Source of the DNA: an uncultured Gaiellaceae bacterium
GTDB lineage: Bacteria > Actinomycetota > Thermoleophilia > Gaiellales > Gaiellaceae
Reading direction: 5' to 3'
Assembly (NCBI GenBank): GCA_963754175.1
Contig: CAVWES010000028.1
Span: forward strand, 18,701 to 82,700
Length of the DNA: 64,000 nt
The translations under genes were made by a program, and so were the position numbers. Under the pieces are notes generated by a model. The model saw only the letters and a list, made by a program, of their open reading frames with translations. It searched no databases and was not told the origin of the DNA. Below, piece after piece: positions 42,382 to 51,543 of the stretch. How positions within the stretch are numbered: the stretch's first letter is position 1; each line of letters starts with the position of its first letter.

Positions 42382-43320
42382 GTGCGCCGCACCGTCGTCT
42401 TCAGCGTCGCGGGCGCCGCCCTCGGTCTCGCCGTCGTCCTGACGCTGCTCGGAGTGGGGGACGACCCGGCCGCGCTGACGGACGGACAGGCGCTCGTCCT
42501 GGGTGTCGTCCAGGGACTCACCGAGCTCCTTCCGATCTCGTCGTCCGGGCACCTCATTCTCGTGCCGTGGGCTGCCGACTGGACGTACCTCGAGCAGCAC
42601 GACCGCTTCAACCAGACGTTCGACGTCGCGCTCCATCTCGGAACGCTCGTCGCCGTGGTTGCGTACTTCTGGAGCGACATCGTGCGGCTCGTGCGAGCGT
42701 GGATCGGTTCCGTCGGTCGCAGGCGCATGGAGACGCCCGACGAGCGTGTGGCGTGGTTCGTGCTCGTCGCGACGATTCCCGCCGGGATCGCCGGACTCCT
42801 CGGCGAGAACGTCATCGCCGACCACCTCGGCGAGCCGTGGCAGATCCTGATCCTGCTCTCCGCAGGGGCGCTGCTCCTGTACTGGGCGGATCGCTCACCA
42901 CAGACGCGAGGCATGGGCGATCTCGGTCTGCGGCAGGCGGTCGTCATGGGGCTCGCGCAGGCGCTCGCGCTCGCGCCCGGCGTGTCGCGCTCGGGCATCA
43001 CGATCACGGCCGGCCGCTTCATGAGGCTCGATCGAGACGGCGCTGCGCGCTTCTCGTTCTACCTCCTGATTCCGACCGTTCTCGGCGCCGTCCTCCTCAA
43101 GGGCGTCAAGGACGTGGTGCTCGGAGACCTCCCGAGCGGCTGGACGGGGCCATTCCTCGTCGGAACGCTCGCCGCGCTCGGCAGCGGCCTGCTCGCGATC
43201 GAGTGGCTGCTCGGCTACGTGCGCCGGCACACGTACGGCGTGTTCGTCGCGTATCGGCTCGTCGTGGCCGCGCTCGTTCTCGTCGCGATCGTCAGCGGTC
43301 TCCGGGACGCGACGTTCTAA
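42382..43320 (+). CDS. uppP: Undecaprenyl-diphosphate phosphatase
   Basis: Intact ORF: ...GVVQGLTELLPISSSGHLIL...AQALALAPGVSRSGITITAGRF...FSFYLLIP... Confidence 0.95.
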   Translation: MRRTVVFSVAGAALGLAVVLTLLGVGDDPAALTDGQALVLGVVQGLTELLPISSSGHLILVPWAADWTYLEQHDRFNQTFDVALHLGTLVAVVAYFWSDIVRLVRAWIGSVGRRRMETPDERVAWFVLVATIPAGIAGLLGENVIADHLGEPWQILILLSAGALLLYWADRSPQTRGMGDLGLRQAVVMGLAQALALAPGVSRSGITITAGRFMRLDRDGAARFSFYLLIPTVLGAVLLKGVKDVVLGDLPSGWTGPFLVGTLAALGSGLLAIEWLLGYVRRHTYGVFVAYRLVVAALVLVAIVSGLRDATF

Positions 43321-43541
43321 CGCTCGGATTCCTCGGATTGCGATGCACGATCGCTCACCTCTTGCGTCTCCACGGCCATGTAGACGGCGCCGCGCCACGC
43401 GACCCCGTCGCTTCCCATCGGCTCGATCTCGTCGTCGCGGCAGCCGAGTGAGCGGAGGTAGTCGGTTACAGCATGTCGTGGCGTGTGCGACTTCGCGTGG
43501 GAAACGACTCGATCTCCGCAGCGAATCTCGTACGTCTGCAC
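43317..43541 (-). CDS. Hypothetical small protein (74 aa)
   Basis: MQTYEIRCGDRVVSHAKSHTPRHAVTDYLRSLGCRDDEIEPMGSDGVAWRGAVYMAVE... Confidence 0.5.
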   Translation of the reverse strand: MQTYEIRCGDRVVSHAKSHTPRHAVTDYLRSLGCRDDEIEPMGSDGVAWRGAVYMAVETQEVSDRASQSEESER

Positions 43542-43628
43542 AGGAGAGTGATACCTGCGACGCGCGTCTCGTAAACCCCGAACGACCGCCCTCGCGGGTG
43601 CACAGCCTGCACACCGGCAGGTAAAAGA

Positions 43629-43868
43629 GTGGTGACGATGTCAGAGGCGTCGCTGATCGTCCACGAGTGCCCCGGCTGCGGTGAGGCAATAGAGCCGGGC
43701 GAGGATTACGTGGTCGCGCGGGAACATGTGGTTGCGCCCGATTTCAGCCTGCACATGAAGGCCGTTGAGGTTGCGGCCGGAGGAACACGACGGTTCCACG
43801 TACACCATTTCCGCGGACGGCTTGGCGACCACGTCTACGAACTGGTGGACGAGCGGAGTTCGCCGTAG
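43629..43868 (+). CDS. Hypothetical small protein (79 aa, one CxxC)
   Basis: MVTMSEASLIVHECPGCGEAIEPGEDYVVAREHVVAPDFSLHMKAVEVAAGGTRRFHVHHFRG... Confidence 0.5.
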   Translation: MVTMSEASLIVHECPGCGEAIEPGEDYVVAREHVVAPDFSLHMKAVEVAAGGTRRFHVHHFRGRLGDHVYELVDERSSP

Positions 43869-44298
43869 TCGTCCGTCAAGGCGACTCGGGCAGTCACCCG
43901 GCTCCATCTGCGATCACGGTGCGACTTGCAGTGCACGAGAATCGGCGGACTAGTGAATCTGAGGCCGAGCGAGACCGACCTTCTCGTCCTCAGCTCGGGC
44001 TGACCGCTTACTCGCGCGCCGCGACGGAGGCGTCGGAGGAAGGTGCGATATCCACGATTCTGTACGTCGCGGCGCTCACGGCTCGCGCAGTAGCGGTACC
44101 AGCGCGGCGGCGAGGCGTCGTCGCTCGCGGGCGATGCGCTCCAGGCCCGGCTTGCGTCCCTTGACATGGCAGTGCATGCGGTCGGAGACTAGCTTCGGCC
44201 GCGCGGTCTCCGGCGGGGGGCCTTCATGTCGGTGGCTCCGGCTGGTCTGTGCAGGCGTGCGCTTGGGGCGTGCGCGAAGCCAACGAAAGGAGAAGGAG

Positions 44299-44949
44299 AT
44301 GAGACTCGCGGTTACGGGACGACGGCTCGCCGCCGCCGTTGTCGGGGTTGTGGCCGTCGGTTTGGCGGCCGGAGGGATCGCGTACGCGACGATCCCGGAC
44401 TCGAGCGGCGTACTTCACGGGTGCTACAGCGCAAACGGCGCGAACGCGAAAGGTGGAGCCCAGCTCAACCTCGTCAACAGCGACCAGGCGACATGCACCA
44501 ACGGGCAAACGGCGGTCACCTGGGGCCAGACAGGCCCGGCAGGGCAGACCGGGCCGACAGGGCCGACCGGGCCGCAAGGGCCGGGTGGTCCAACCGACAT
44601 CTGGGACCTCAACCACTACGGCAACGGCAGTCTTTCCATAGGCGTGAACAATTCGACCCTCGTGGCCGCGATCGCTCCACCCGCGGGCACCTACTACGCC
44701 GAGGCAAGCCTCCACGGCTTCAACAGCAACGGGGCAGCGGACATCTGGTGCGAACTCCAGATTCCGGGCACGAAGGCATGGGCGCAAGGAGACGCGACCG
44801 AGGCCAATCAGAACGTGGATCTCCATCTGCAAGGCGTCGGCACGATCACCAACTCAGACACCATCAATGTCACCTGCCGGTCAAACGCGGCCGGCTCGAC
44901 CGTCGAGGACTGGAACCTGGACGCGCTCAAAGTCAGCAACGTCCACTGA
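44299..44949 (+). CDS. Secreted protein with a short collagen-like G-x-y tract and a C-terminal globular domain
   Basis: MRLAVTGRRLAAAVVGVVAVGLAAGGIAYA (signal/anchor, GGAGAAGGAG Shine-Dalgarno) ...GQTGPAGQTGPTGPTGPQGPGGP... Confidence 0.75.
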   Translation: MRLAVTGRRLAAAVVGVVAVGLAAGGIAYATIPDSSGVLHGCYSANGANAKGGAQLNLVNSDQATCTNGQTAVTWGQTGPAGQTGPTGPTGPQGPGGPTDIWDLNHYGNGSLSIGVNNSTLVAAIAPPAGTYYAEASLHGFNSNGAADIWCELQIPGTKAWAQGDATEANQNVDLHLQGVGTITNSDTINVTCRSNAAGSTVEDWNLDALKVSNVH

Positions 44950-44979
44950 CACCGGGGCACGCTCCTTGCGTCCGACTGG

Positions 44980-45270
44980 CCGCCGTCGTGGCTTCGGCTA
45001 CGGCGGCGGTCCGCCTCCGCGCTGGTCTTTGTGACCGGCCTCACTTAGAAGATGCCGCAAGAACTGCGTCATTCGGCTGCCGACAACCTGTGGCGACAGT
45101 CCGGGAACCTCATGCTCGCAAAGCAACTGCTCCGTCACGAGTCGGTCGCGACGACTGAGGCGTATCTGCATCCGAGCCGCGACGATCTCACGGACGCACT
45201 CGCTCGGATTCACGACTTGCAATCGCTGATTCGCAGCGCTGAGCCGTTACGAGAGTTGAATGCACGATAA
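44980..45270 (+). pseudogene. Tyrosine recombinase (phage-integrase family) remnant
   Basis: ORF 45052..45270: ...ELRHSAADNLWRQSGNLMLAKQLLRHESVATTEAYLHPS (box II / catalytic Tyr region). Just upstream, ...ALVFVTGLT is followed by an in-frame TAG. Most of the gene is missing. Confidence 0.65.
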
Positions 45271-45372
45271 TCGGCGTTATGTCAAGTTGAGGCGGATGGA
45301 TTTCGGTTGTACCACTCCCCTTCCGCGCGCTAGGGTTGAGGAAGCGCTCGTCTACCTGAGGGGGTGTCGGCC

Positions 45373-45459
45373 ATGCTGGCTATGAGCGTCCGTATGTTTC
45401 TCGTCGCCATCGTCGTGTTTGCGGTGGCCGCTCTCGCGTTCCTGATCGCCACCGCCTGA
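45373..45459 (+). CDS. Possible 28-aa hydrophobic peptide
   Basis: ATG preceded by GAGGGGG (8-nt spacer). Peptide: MLAMSVRMFLVAIVVFAVAALAFLIATA. Confidence 0.3.
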   Translation: MLAMSVRMFLVAIVVFAVAALAFLIATA

Positions 45460-45551
45460 CCCGGACGAGGGAAATCTCGCGCCACCCCTAGACATCGGGG
45501 CGCGAACGCGAGAGATTGTCACCTACCGCCGTACCGCGTCCCTTCCCGCGC

Positions 45552-46607
45552 GTGACCCAAATCGACATCGAGCACATCCTCTTGATCGAGGACATCCGGC
45601 AACTGCTGGAGCAGTCCGAGCAGATCGGCAGTGTGCGCGCGTCCGACCTCGCCGAGATCGCCGAGCTCTACGAGCTCTCCGAGCTCGAGCAGGACGCGGT
45701 TCTGCGGGAGCTCGACCAACGCTCGATCGAGATCGTCGAGCAGCCTCCCCACTCCGAGGCCGTCGTCGCGTTGACGGCGCCCGTCGAGACGACGACCGAC
45801 GCGCTGCAGCTCTTCCTGCGTGAAGCGGGCCGGCACCAGCTGCTGACCGCCGCGCAGGAGGTCGAGCTCGCGAAGCGCATCGAGCGCGGCGACATGGAGG
45901 CGAAGGAGCGGATGATCCAGTCGAACCTCCGTCTCGTCGTCTCCATCGCGAAGAACTACCGGAACCAGGGCCTGCCGTTCCTCGACCTCATCCAGGAGGG
46001 CACCCTCGGGCTCATCCGCGCGGTCGAGAAGTTCGACTGGCGACGCGGCTTCAAGTTCTCGACGTACGCGACCTGGTGGATTCGGCAGGCGGTCGCACGT
46101 GCGCTCGCCGACAAGGCGCGGACGATCCGCATGCCGGTGCACATCGTCGAGCGGCTGCAGAAGATCAACCGTGCCGACCGTCAGCTCTGGACGCAGCTCG
46201 GACGCGAGCCGTCGCTCGAGGAGATCGCCGACGAGGCGTCCCTCACGGTTCAGCAGGTGCTCGAGGTGCGGGCGGCGGCACGCGCGTCGACGAGCCTCGA
46301 CGCGCCGGTCGGCGACGGCGAGGACGCCGTCTTCGGCGACTTCGTCGCCGGCGACGAGCCCCTTCCCGAGGAGACCGTCGAGCTCAACCTGCGCAGTGAG
46401 GCGCTCCGCCACGCCCTGGCCTCCCTCCCCCAGCGCGAGCGCGAGGTCGTCGTGATGCGCTACGGGCTCACCGGCGCCGAGCCGCAGACGCTCGAGGAGA
46501 TCGGCCGCCGGCTCGGGCTCACACGAGAGCGCGTGCGGCAGATCGAGCTCGAGTCGCTGCGCCGGCTCGCATCTCTCCGCGAGATGCAGTCGGTCGACGT
46601 CACGTAG
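45552..46607 (+). CDS. RpoD-family (group 1/2) sigma-70 factor
   Basis: ORF 45516..46607: ...[32 protein letters not shown]...[55 protein letters not shown]...TIRMPVH...[21 protein letters not shown] favour the start at GTG 45552. Confidence 0.9.
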   Translation: MTQIDIEHILLIEDIRQLLEQSEQIGSVRASDLAEIAELYELSELEQDAVLRELDQRSIEIVEQPPHSEAVVALTAPVETTTDALQLFLREAGRHQLLTAAQEVELAKRIERGDMEAKERMIQSNLRLVVSIAKNYRNQGLPFLDLIQEGTLGLIRAVEKFDWRRGFKFSTYATWWIRQAVARALADKARTIRMPVHIVERLQKINRADRQLWTQLGREPSLEEIADEASLTVQQVLEVRAAARASTSLDAPVGDGEDAVFGDFVAGDEPLPEETVELNLRSEALRHALASLPQREREVVVMRYGLTGAEPQTLEEIGRRLGLTRERVRQIELESLRRLASLREMQSVDVT

Positions 46608-47537
46608 CTACGAGCGGAGATAGAGCTCGAGCCCCGGCGCGATCGCGCGGAGCTCGCGGAGCGCACGTGCTTCGAGCTGGCGCACTCGCTCGCGCGTGAT
46701 CCCGAGGTTCGTCCCGACCTCCTCGAGCGTGCGCGGGCGGACGCCGTCGAGGCCGAAACGCTCGACGACGACGCGGCGCTGGCGTGGCTGGAGCTTCCCG
46801 AGAGCGTCGAGGAGCTCGGTGGAACGCGCACGGTCCGCGGTCTCGACCTCGGGCTGCTGCGCGCTCGTGTCGGGAATCAGGTCTGCAACGCTCGAGTCGC
46901 CGTCTCCGATCGGAGTCTCGAGGCTGACGGGGTCGAGGATGAGCTCGAGCAGCTCCTGCACCCGCTCGGGCGTGATCTCGATCTCGGCAGCGATCTCCTC
47001 GAGCGACGGGTCGCGGTTCAGCTTCTGTCCGAGCAGGCGGCGTGTCTTCGTCACCTTGCGCACCTGGTCGGCGACGTGGACCGGGAGTCGGATCGTGCGG
47101 CCCTGCTCTGCGAGGGCACGCGAGATCGCCTGCTTGATCCACCAGGTCGCGTACGTCGAGAGCTTGAATCCCATCGTGTAGTCGAACTTCTCGACCGCGC
47201 GGATGAGCCCGAGGTTGCCCTCCTGGATGAGGTCGAGGAGCGGGACGTCCGCACGCGTGTAGTTGCGCGTGATGGACATCACGAGCCGCAGGTTGGACTC
47301 GATCAGCTTCCGCTTCGCCGCTTCGTCACCGGCGTCCTTGCGTCGCGCGAGCTCGCGCTCCTGCGCCGGCGTGAGCAGGCGACCGTCGCCGATCTGGCGG
47401 ACGTAGAGCTTCAGCGGGTCGTCGGCGGTCGGGCCGGCGAGGCCCGGGAGCTCGCGTGGCGTCGCCGGCTCGTCCGGGACGACGGGTTGCTCGTCGTCCG
47501 TCGGGTCGAAGAGATGTTCGGCTGCGTAGCCTTCCAC
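46608..47537 (-). CDS. RpoD-family (group 2-like) sigma-70 factor
   Basis: C-terminal 309 aa of ORF 46608..48197: ...[27 protein letters not shown]...[55 protein letters not shown]...TIRLPVH...[20 protein letters not shown]. The rest of that ORF is antisense to the next gene. Confidence 0.85.
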   Translation of the reverse strand: MEGYAAEHLFDPTDDEQPVVPDEPATPRELPGLAGPTADDPLKLYVRQIGDGRLLTPAQERELARRKDAGDEAAKRKLIESNLRLVMSITRNYTRADVPLLDLIQEGNLGLIRAVEKFDYTMGFKLSTYATWWIKQAISRALAEQGRTIRLPVHVADQVRKVTKTRRLLGQKLNRDPSLEEIAAEIEITPERVQELLELILDPVSLETPIGDGDSSVADLIPDTSAQQPEVETADRARSTELLDALGKLQPRQRRVVVERFGLDGVRPRTLEEVGTNLGITRERVRQLEARALRELRAIAPGLELYLRS

Positions 47538-47709
47538 GGCGCTTGTATCGGCCGCGCAGTTGCCCCGCTTGAGGGATGACAGCTCCCGCGAGGGATCGGC
47601 GGGCCGATCGAGAAGCCGATTCCGTGCAACACGCAGTTCACAAACACCGTGGCACGCACGTCGTCTACGTTCTCGATGTCGTCCGATCTGCGGAGTCGAA
47701 TAGAAGCCC

Positions 47710-48495
47710 ATGTGCGGCATAGCGGGATTCAGCCTCAGCCCTGAGTCGTCCGTCGACCGGACGCTCGCCGCGCAGGCTCTGCTCGCCGGGATCGCCGAGC
47801 GGGGCGCCGATGCGGTCGGGTACGCCCACCGCGGCGACGGCAAGGTCGGCATCACGAAGCTTCGGGGCGGCGCGAGCGCCCTCCTCGACGAGCTCGACGT
47901 CCCGTCCGGCTCGACCGAGGCGCTCATCCACGTGCGCGACTTCACCAAGGGCCATCCGGAGATCGAGGGGAACAACCACCCGATCCGGCACGGCAGCGTC
48001 GTCGGCATCCACAACGGCATCATCGAGAACGACGACGCGCTGCTCGCGCGGCACCGCATCGAGCGCGCCGAGCCGCAGATGACCGTCGACTCGGAGGCGA
48101 TCTTCGCGCTCATGGAGCTTCGGCGGCACGACCCGCGCGCGCTGTCCGAGATGCGCGGCGCCATGGCCGCGGCCTGGCTCGACGAGCGCGACGACACGCT
48201 GCTCTATCTCGCGCGCGGACGCCTGCGGCCGCTCTGGCTCGGCCGAACGGACGACGGCCTCTACTTCGCGTCGACACGTCGTGCGCTCACGATCGCCGCC
48301 GCGGCGCTGAAGACACGGCTCGAGGTCGCGTGAGGTGCGGGAGGGCCGCCTGCTTCACGTTTCCGCCGGACGGGTCGTTCGCGACGCCGCTTCCGGCCGG
48401 ATCGGAGCTACCGCGAGGACGGCTACCTGCCGCCCGTCCGCGCTCCACGCGAGGCCGTGTCGTGCCTCGAGCGCCTCGCGGCGCTCGCCGCCTGA
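47710..48495 (+). CDS. Class II (Ntn-type) glutamine amidotransferase domain protein (2 frame switches near the 3' end)
   Basis: [39 protein letters not shown]...[21 protein letters not shown]...DSEAIFAL. It continues as ...[13 protein letters not shown]... and then ...[34 protein letters not shown] in other frames. Confidence 0.8.
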
Positions 48496-49226
48496 TCAGT
48501 ACGGATTGACGCAGCCGAGCGGCTCGAGTCGTCATCGCGTCGCGCGAGCACGCCGTCCGGCCCGACCTCGACGCCCTCGCTGCGCAGACGCTCGCGCACG
48601 AGGTACTGGAACGCCGTCCACGCCCCACGAGGCACGTCGAGCAGCCGGTAGACCTGCCATTCGGAGAGCAGCGTCGAATCGACCCGCCGCGCGTCCGCCC
48701 AGTCGGTCATCTTCGGCAGGCGGCCGAGCGTCCGCGCAAGCACGGCGCCCTGCTCGATCGCCCGCTCGAGACGTTCCTCACCCTGAAGGACCTCGAACCC
48801 AGCCTCGCGAAGCGCGTTCCCGAGCGATCCGAACGTGTGCGCGTACAGCGACGCGGACGGGAGCGACCGACGCCTGGCGGCGAGATCGCGTGCGGTCGGC
48901 GTCCTGCCGAGCTCCTCGCCGAGCCCGCGCAGCTGCTCGAGCAGCTCGTCGCGCGTCAGGAAGCGACGCGGGAACAGGCCGGCGGCGCGCTTCGCGGCGT
49001 TCCAGGTCCCGAAGTGCTCGATCACCGTCTGTGGATGCACGCGGGCCTGCGGATCCTGTGCGAACTCGCGCATCGTCGGAGACCGCCCCATCCGCTCGGC
49101 GGCGGCACGGAGCTCCTCGAGGATCTCCTCGTCCGAATAGCGACGACGCATGCCCGCCCGGAAGGCGGCGAGCTCGGCCTCGTCGATGCGCACGGAAGCG
49201 CGCTTGCGTGAGCGCGGACGCGCCAT
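48423..49226 (-). CDS. Protein made of three homing-endonuclease-associated (HNH-associated) helical repeats, with no nuclease domain seen
   Basis: Repeats: YSDEEILEELRAAAERMGRSPTMREFAQDPQARVHPQTVIEHFGTWNAAKRAAGL; LTRDELLEQLRGLGEELGRTPTARDLAARRRSLPSASLYAHTFGSLGNALREAGF; and a third, weaker copy. The 3' end is uncertain. Confidence 0.7.
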   Translation of the reverse strand: MARPRSRKRASVRIDEAELAAFRAGMRRRYSDEEILEELRAAAERMGRSPTMREFAQDPQARVHPQTVIEHFGTWNAAKRAAGLFPRRFLTRDELLEQLRGLGEELGRTPTARDLAARRRSLPSASLYAHTFGSLGNALREAGFEVLQGEERLERAIEQGAVLARTLGRLPKMTDWADARRVDSTLLSEWQVYRLLDVPRGAWTAFQYLVRERLRSEGVEVGPDGVLARRDDDSSRSAASIRTDQAASAARRSRHDTASRGARTGGR

Positions 49227-49312
49227 CTCTGCAAGCAGCTTAGAGCGTTCTACGAAATCTGCAAGCTCTCCAGAGCAGTCTCCCCTCCTCCCCGCTCGCT
49301 ACGCTCGAAGCG

Positions 49313-50683
49313 ATGGGCCTCCGCCTCGCCCTCGAGACGTCCGTCGCGCGTGCGATCGGCGGGCTCTCACGTGCCGTCGGACGCGGCGGCGGCACGACGC
49401 TGCCGGGGAAGGTCCTCTGGAAGGTGGATCCGGGTGCCGTCGATGCACTCGCGGCCCGCCTTCCCGACGGCGTCGTCGTCGTCTCGGCGACCAACGGGAA
49501 GACCACCACGACCGCCATGGCCGCGGAGATCCTCGGGGAGGGGCGTTCGCTCGCGTGGAACCGCGCCGGCGCGAACCTGCTCTCGGGGGTCGCATCCGCC
49601 CTCGTCGCCGGCCGCCGCGCGGAGCTCGGCCTGTTCGAAGTCGACGAAGGAGCGCTCCCGGAGGCGCTCGAGCGCACGAGGCCGCGGGTCGTCGCTCTCG
49701 GCAATCTCTTTCGCGACCAGCTCGATCGGTACGGCGAGCTGGAGCTCGTCGCCGAGCGCTGGCGGACGGCGGTGGCGAGCCTCCCGGCACAGACGACGCT
49801 CGTCGTGAACGCGGACGACGCCGTCGTCGCGGACCTTGCCGACGGCCGTCCCGGTGCGGTTCGGTTCGGACTCGACGATCCGCGCCACGCGCGCGCAAGG
49901 CTGCCGCACGCCGCCGACTCGAAGTACTGCGTGCGCTGCGGTGCTCCGTACGAGTTCGCGGCCGCGTACGTGGGCCATCTCGGCGACTACCGCTGCCCGA
50001 GCTGCGGGCACCGCCGGCCGGAGCTCGACATCTCGATCCGGGAGATCGAGCTCCGCGGCCTCCTCGCGTCGCGCTTTCGGCTCGTGACTCCGGAGGGCGA
50101 GGCGGACGTGGAGCTCGGCCTGCCCGGCCTCTACAACGTCTACAACGCGGCCGCCGCAGCGGGAGCCGCGCTCGCCGCGGGCGCGTCGCTTGCCGATGTC
50201 CGCACCGGGCTCGAGAGATTCAGCGCTGCGTTCGGCCGGTTCGAGCGAATCCCCGCCGGCGGCAAGTCCGTCGTCCTGCTCCTCGTGAAGAACCCGGCCG
50301 GTGCGAACGAGGTCGTGCGCACGCTCGAGACGGGCGTCCCCCCCGTGCTCGTGGTCGCCCTCAACGACGCGATCGCCGACGGCCAGGACGTGTCGTGGAT
50401 CTGGGACGTCGACTTCGAGCCACTGCTCGAGCACGCGGGACTGGTGATCGCGAGCGGCGACCGCGCAGCCGAGCTCGGCCTCCGTATGGCCTACGGCGGC
50501 CTGGCGGAGGATCGGCTCGAGGTCATCCCGTCGCTCGAGCAGGCGCTCGATCGCGGGCTCGGGCTCCTCGAGGCGGGAACCGAGCTCGTCGTCCTGCCGA
50601 CGTACACGGCGATGCTGGCGCTCCGCGGCATCCTCTCCGATCGCGGTGCGGTGCGACCGTACTGGGAGGAGCAACGGGCGTGA
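49313..50683 (+). CDS. murT: Lipid II isoglutaminyl synthase, Mur-ligase-like subunit MurT
   Basis: Intact ORF: ...VVVVSATNGKTTTTAMAAEIL...NLFRDQLDRYGELE...YCVRCGAPYEF...YRCPSCGHRRP (Cys4 insert) ...LLLVKNPAGANEV (DUF1727-like end). Confidence 0.9.
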   Translation: MGLRLALETSVARAIGGLSRAVGRGGGTTLPGKVLWKVDPGAVDALAARLPDGVVVVSATNGKTTTTAMAAEILGEGRSLAWNRAGANLLSGVASALVAGRRAELGLFEVDEGALPEALERTRPRVVALGNLFRDQLDRYGELELVAERWRTAVASLPAQTTLVVNADDAVVADLADGRPGAVRFGLDDPRHARARLPHAADSKYCVRCGAPYEFAAAYVGHLGDYRCPSCGHRRPELDISIREIELRGLLASRFRLVTPEGEADVELGLPGLYNVYNAAAAAGAALAAGASLADVRTGLERFSAAFGRFERIPAGGKSVVLLLVKNPAGANEVVRTLETGVPPVLVVALNDAIADGQDVSWIWDVDFEPLLEHAGLVIASGDRAAELGLRMAYGGLAEDRLEVIPSLEQALDRGLGLLEAGTELVVLPTYTAMLALRGILSDRGAVRPYWEEQRA

Positions 50684-51436
50684 GAATCCGCGTCGGTCAC
50701 CTCTACCCCGACTACCTCAACATCTACGCGGATCGAGGGAACATCGCCGTGCTCGAACGTCGCGCCGCCCTGCGCGGCCACGAGCTCCACGTCCGGGCGA
50801 TCGGTGTCGGCGACCCGCTCGAGCCCGTCGGATCACGACCTCCTCTACATCGGTGGAGGCCAGGATCGCGAGCAGGCGCTCATCGCACCCGATCTCGCCG
50901 CCAAGAGCGGCGCGGTCAAGGCAGCGCACGAGCATGGCGTCGCCATGCTCGCCGTCTGCGGCGGCTACCAGCTCCTGGGCCGTGGATATCGCGGCCGCGA
51001 CGGGTCGTTCATGCCGGGCGCGTCGCTCCTTCCGCACGAGACCGTCGCCGGCGAGACGCGGATGATCGGCGACGTCCTGCTCGAGTGCGAGCTCGAGCCC
51101 GGCGTGCGTCTGCCGCTGGCCGGGTTCGAGAACCACGCGGGCCGCACGCTGCTCGACCCCGGCGCCGAGCCGCTCGGCCGCGTCGTCCACGGATTCGGGA
51201 ACGACGGGACGTCGGGCTTCGAGGGTTGCCGTCTCGGAAACGCCATCGGCACCTACCTCCACGGCCCGCTTCTGCCGCGGAACCCCTGGCTCGCCGACTG
51301 GCTCCTCGCGCGGGCGCTCGCGCACGCGGGCGCCGGTGCCCCGCCGACGCTCTCACCGTTGCCCGACGAGCTCGAGGCGGAGGCGTTTCGGGTCGCGGCG
51401 GAGAGGGCGAGGAGACGCGGCGGAAAAACGCGCTAG
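50680..51436 (+). CDS. gatD: Lipid II isoglutaminyl synthase, glutaminase subunit GatD (1 frame switch near 50820)
   Basis: VRIRVGHLYPDYLNIYADRGNIAVLERRAALRG..., then ORF 50804..51436: ...DLLYIGGGQDREQ...AMLAVCGGYQLLG...GFENHAGRT...GTYLHGPLLPRNP. The GTG overlaps the murT stop. Confidence 0.85.
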
Positions 51437-51449
51437 GAGCGGTATTCCT

Positions 51450-51532
51450 GAGGGGCACCCCTTCCCACCACCCGCTTTCAGCGTAACGCCGAAAGACGTC
51501 ACGCGTGGTGCTCGGACCGTGCCGAGAGTGTG
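51450..51532. repeat. Copy A of an approximately 83-nt conserved intergenic sequence (paired with 57583..57664)
   Basis: My alignment gives about 66/85 identical positions. Perfect blocks are GGGGCACCCC, CCCACCACCCGCT, CGTAACG, GAAAGACGT and CGTGCCGAGAGTGTG, in the same order and orientation. The reading frame is not conserved between the copies. Confidence 0.6.
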
Positions 51533-51543
51533 TCGAGACCGCG

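Noticed and set aside
44524-44595. Short-period nucleotide repeat (GGGCCGACMGGGCCG...), considered as a possible VNTR or CRISPR-like array.
   Set aside because: It has 9-nt periodicity in frame inside a well-supported ORF and encodes a G-x-y collagen-like tract. There are no spacers and no repeat-spacer architecture. No CRISPR array exists anywhere in the window.
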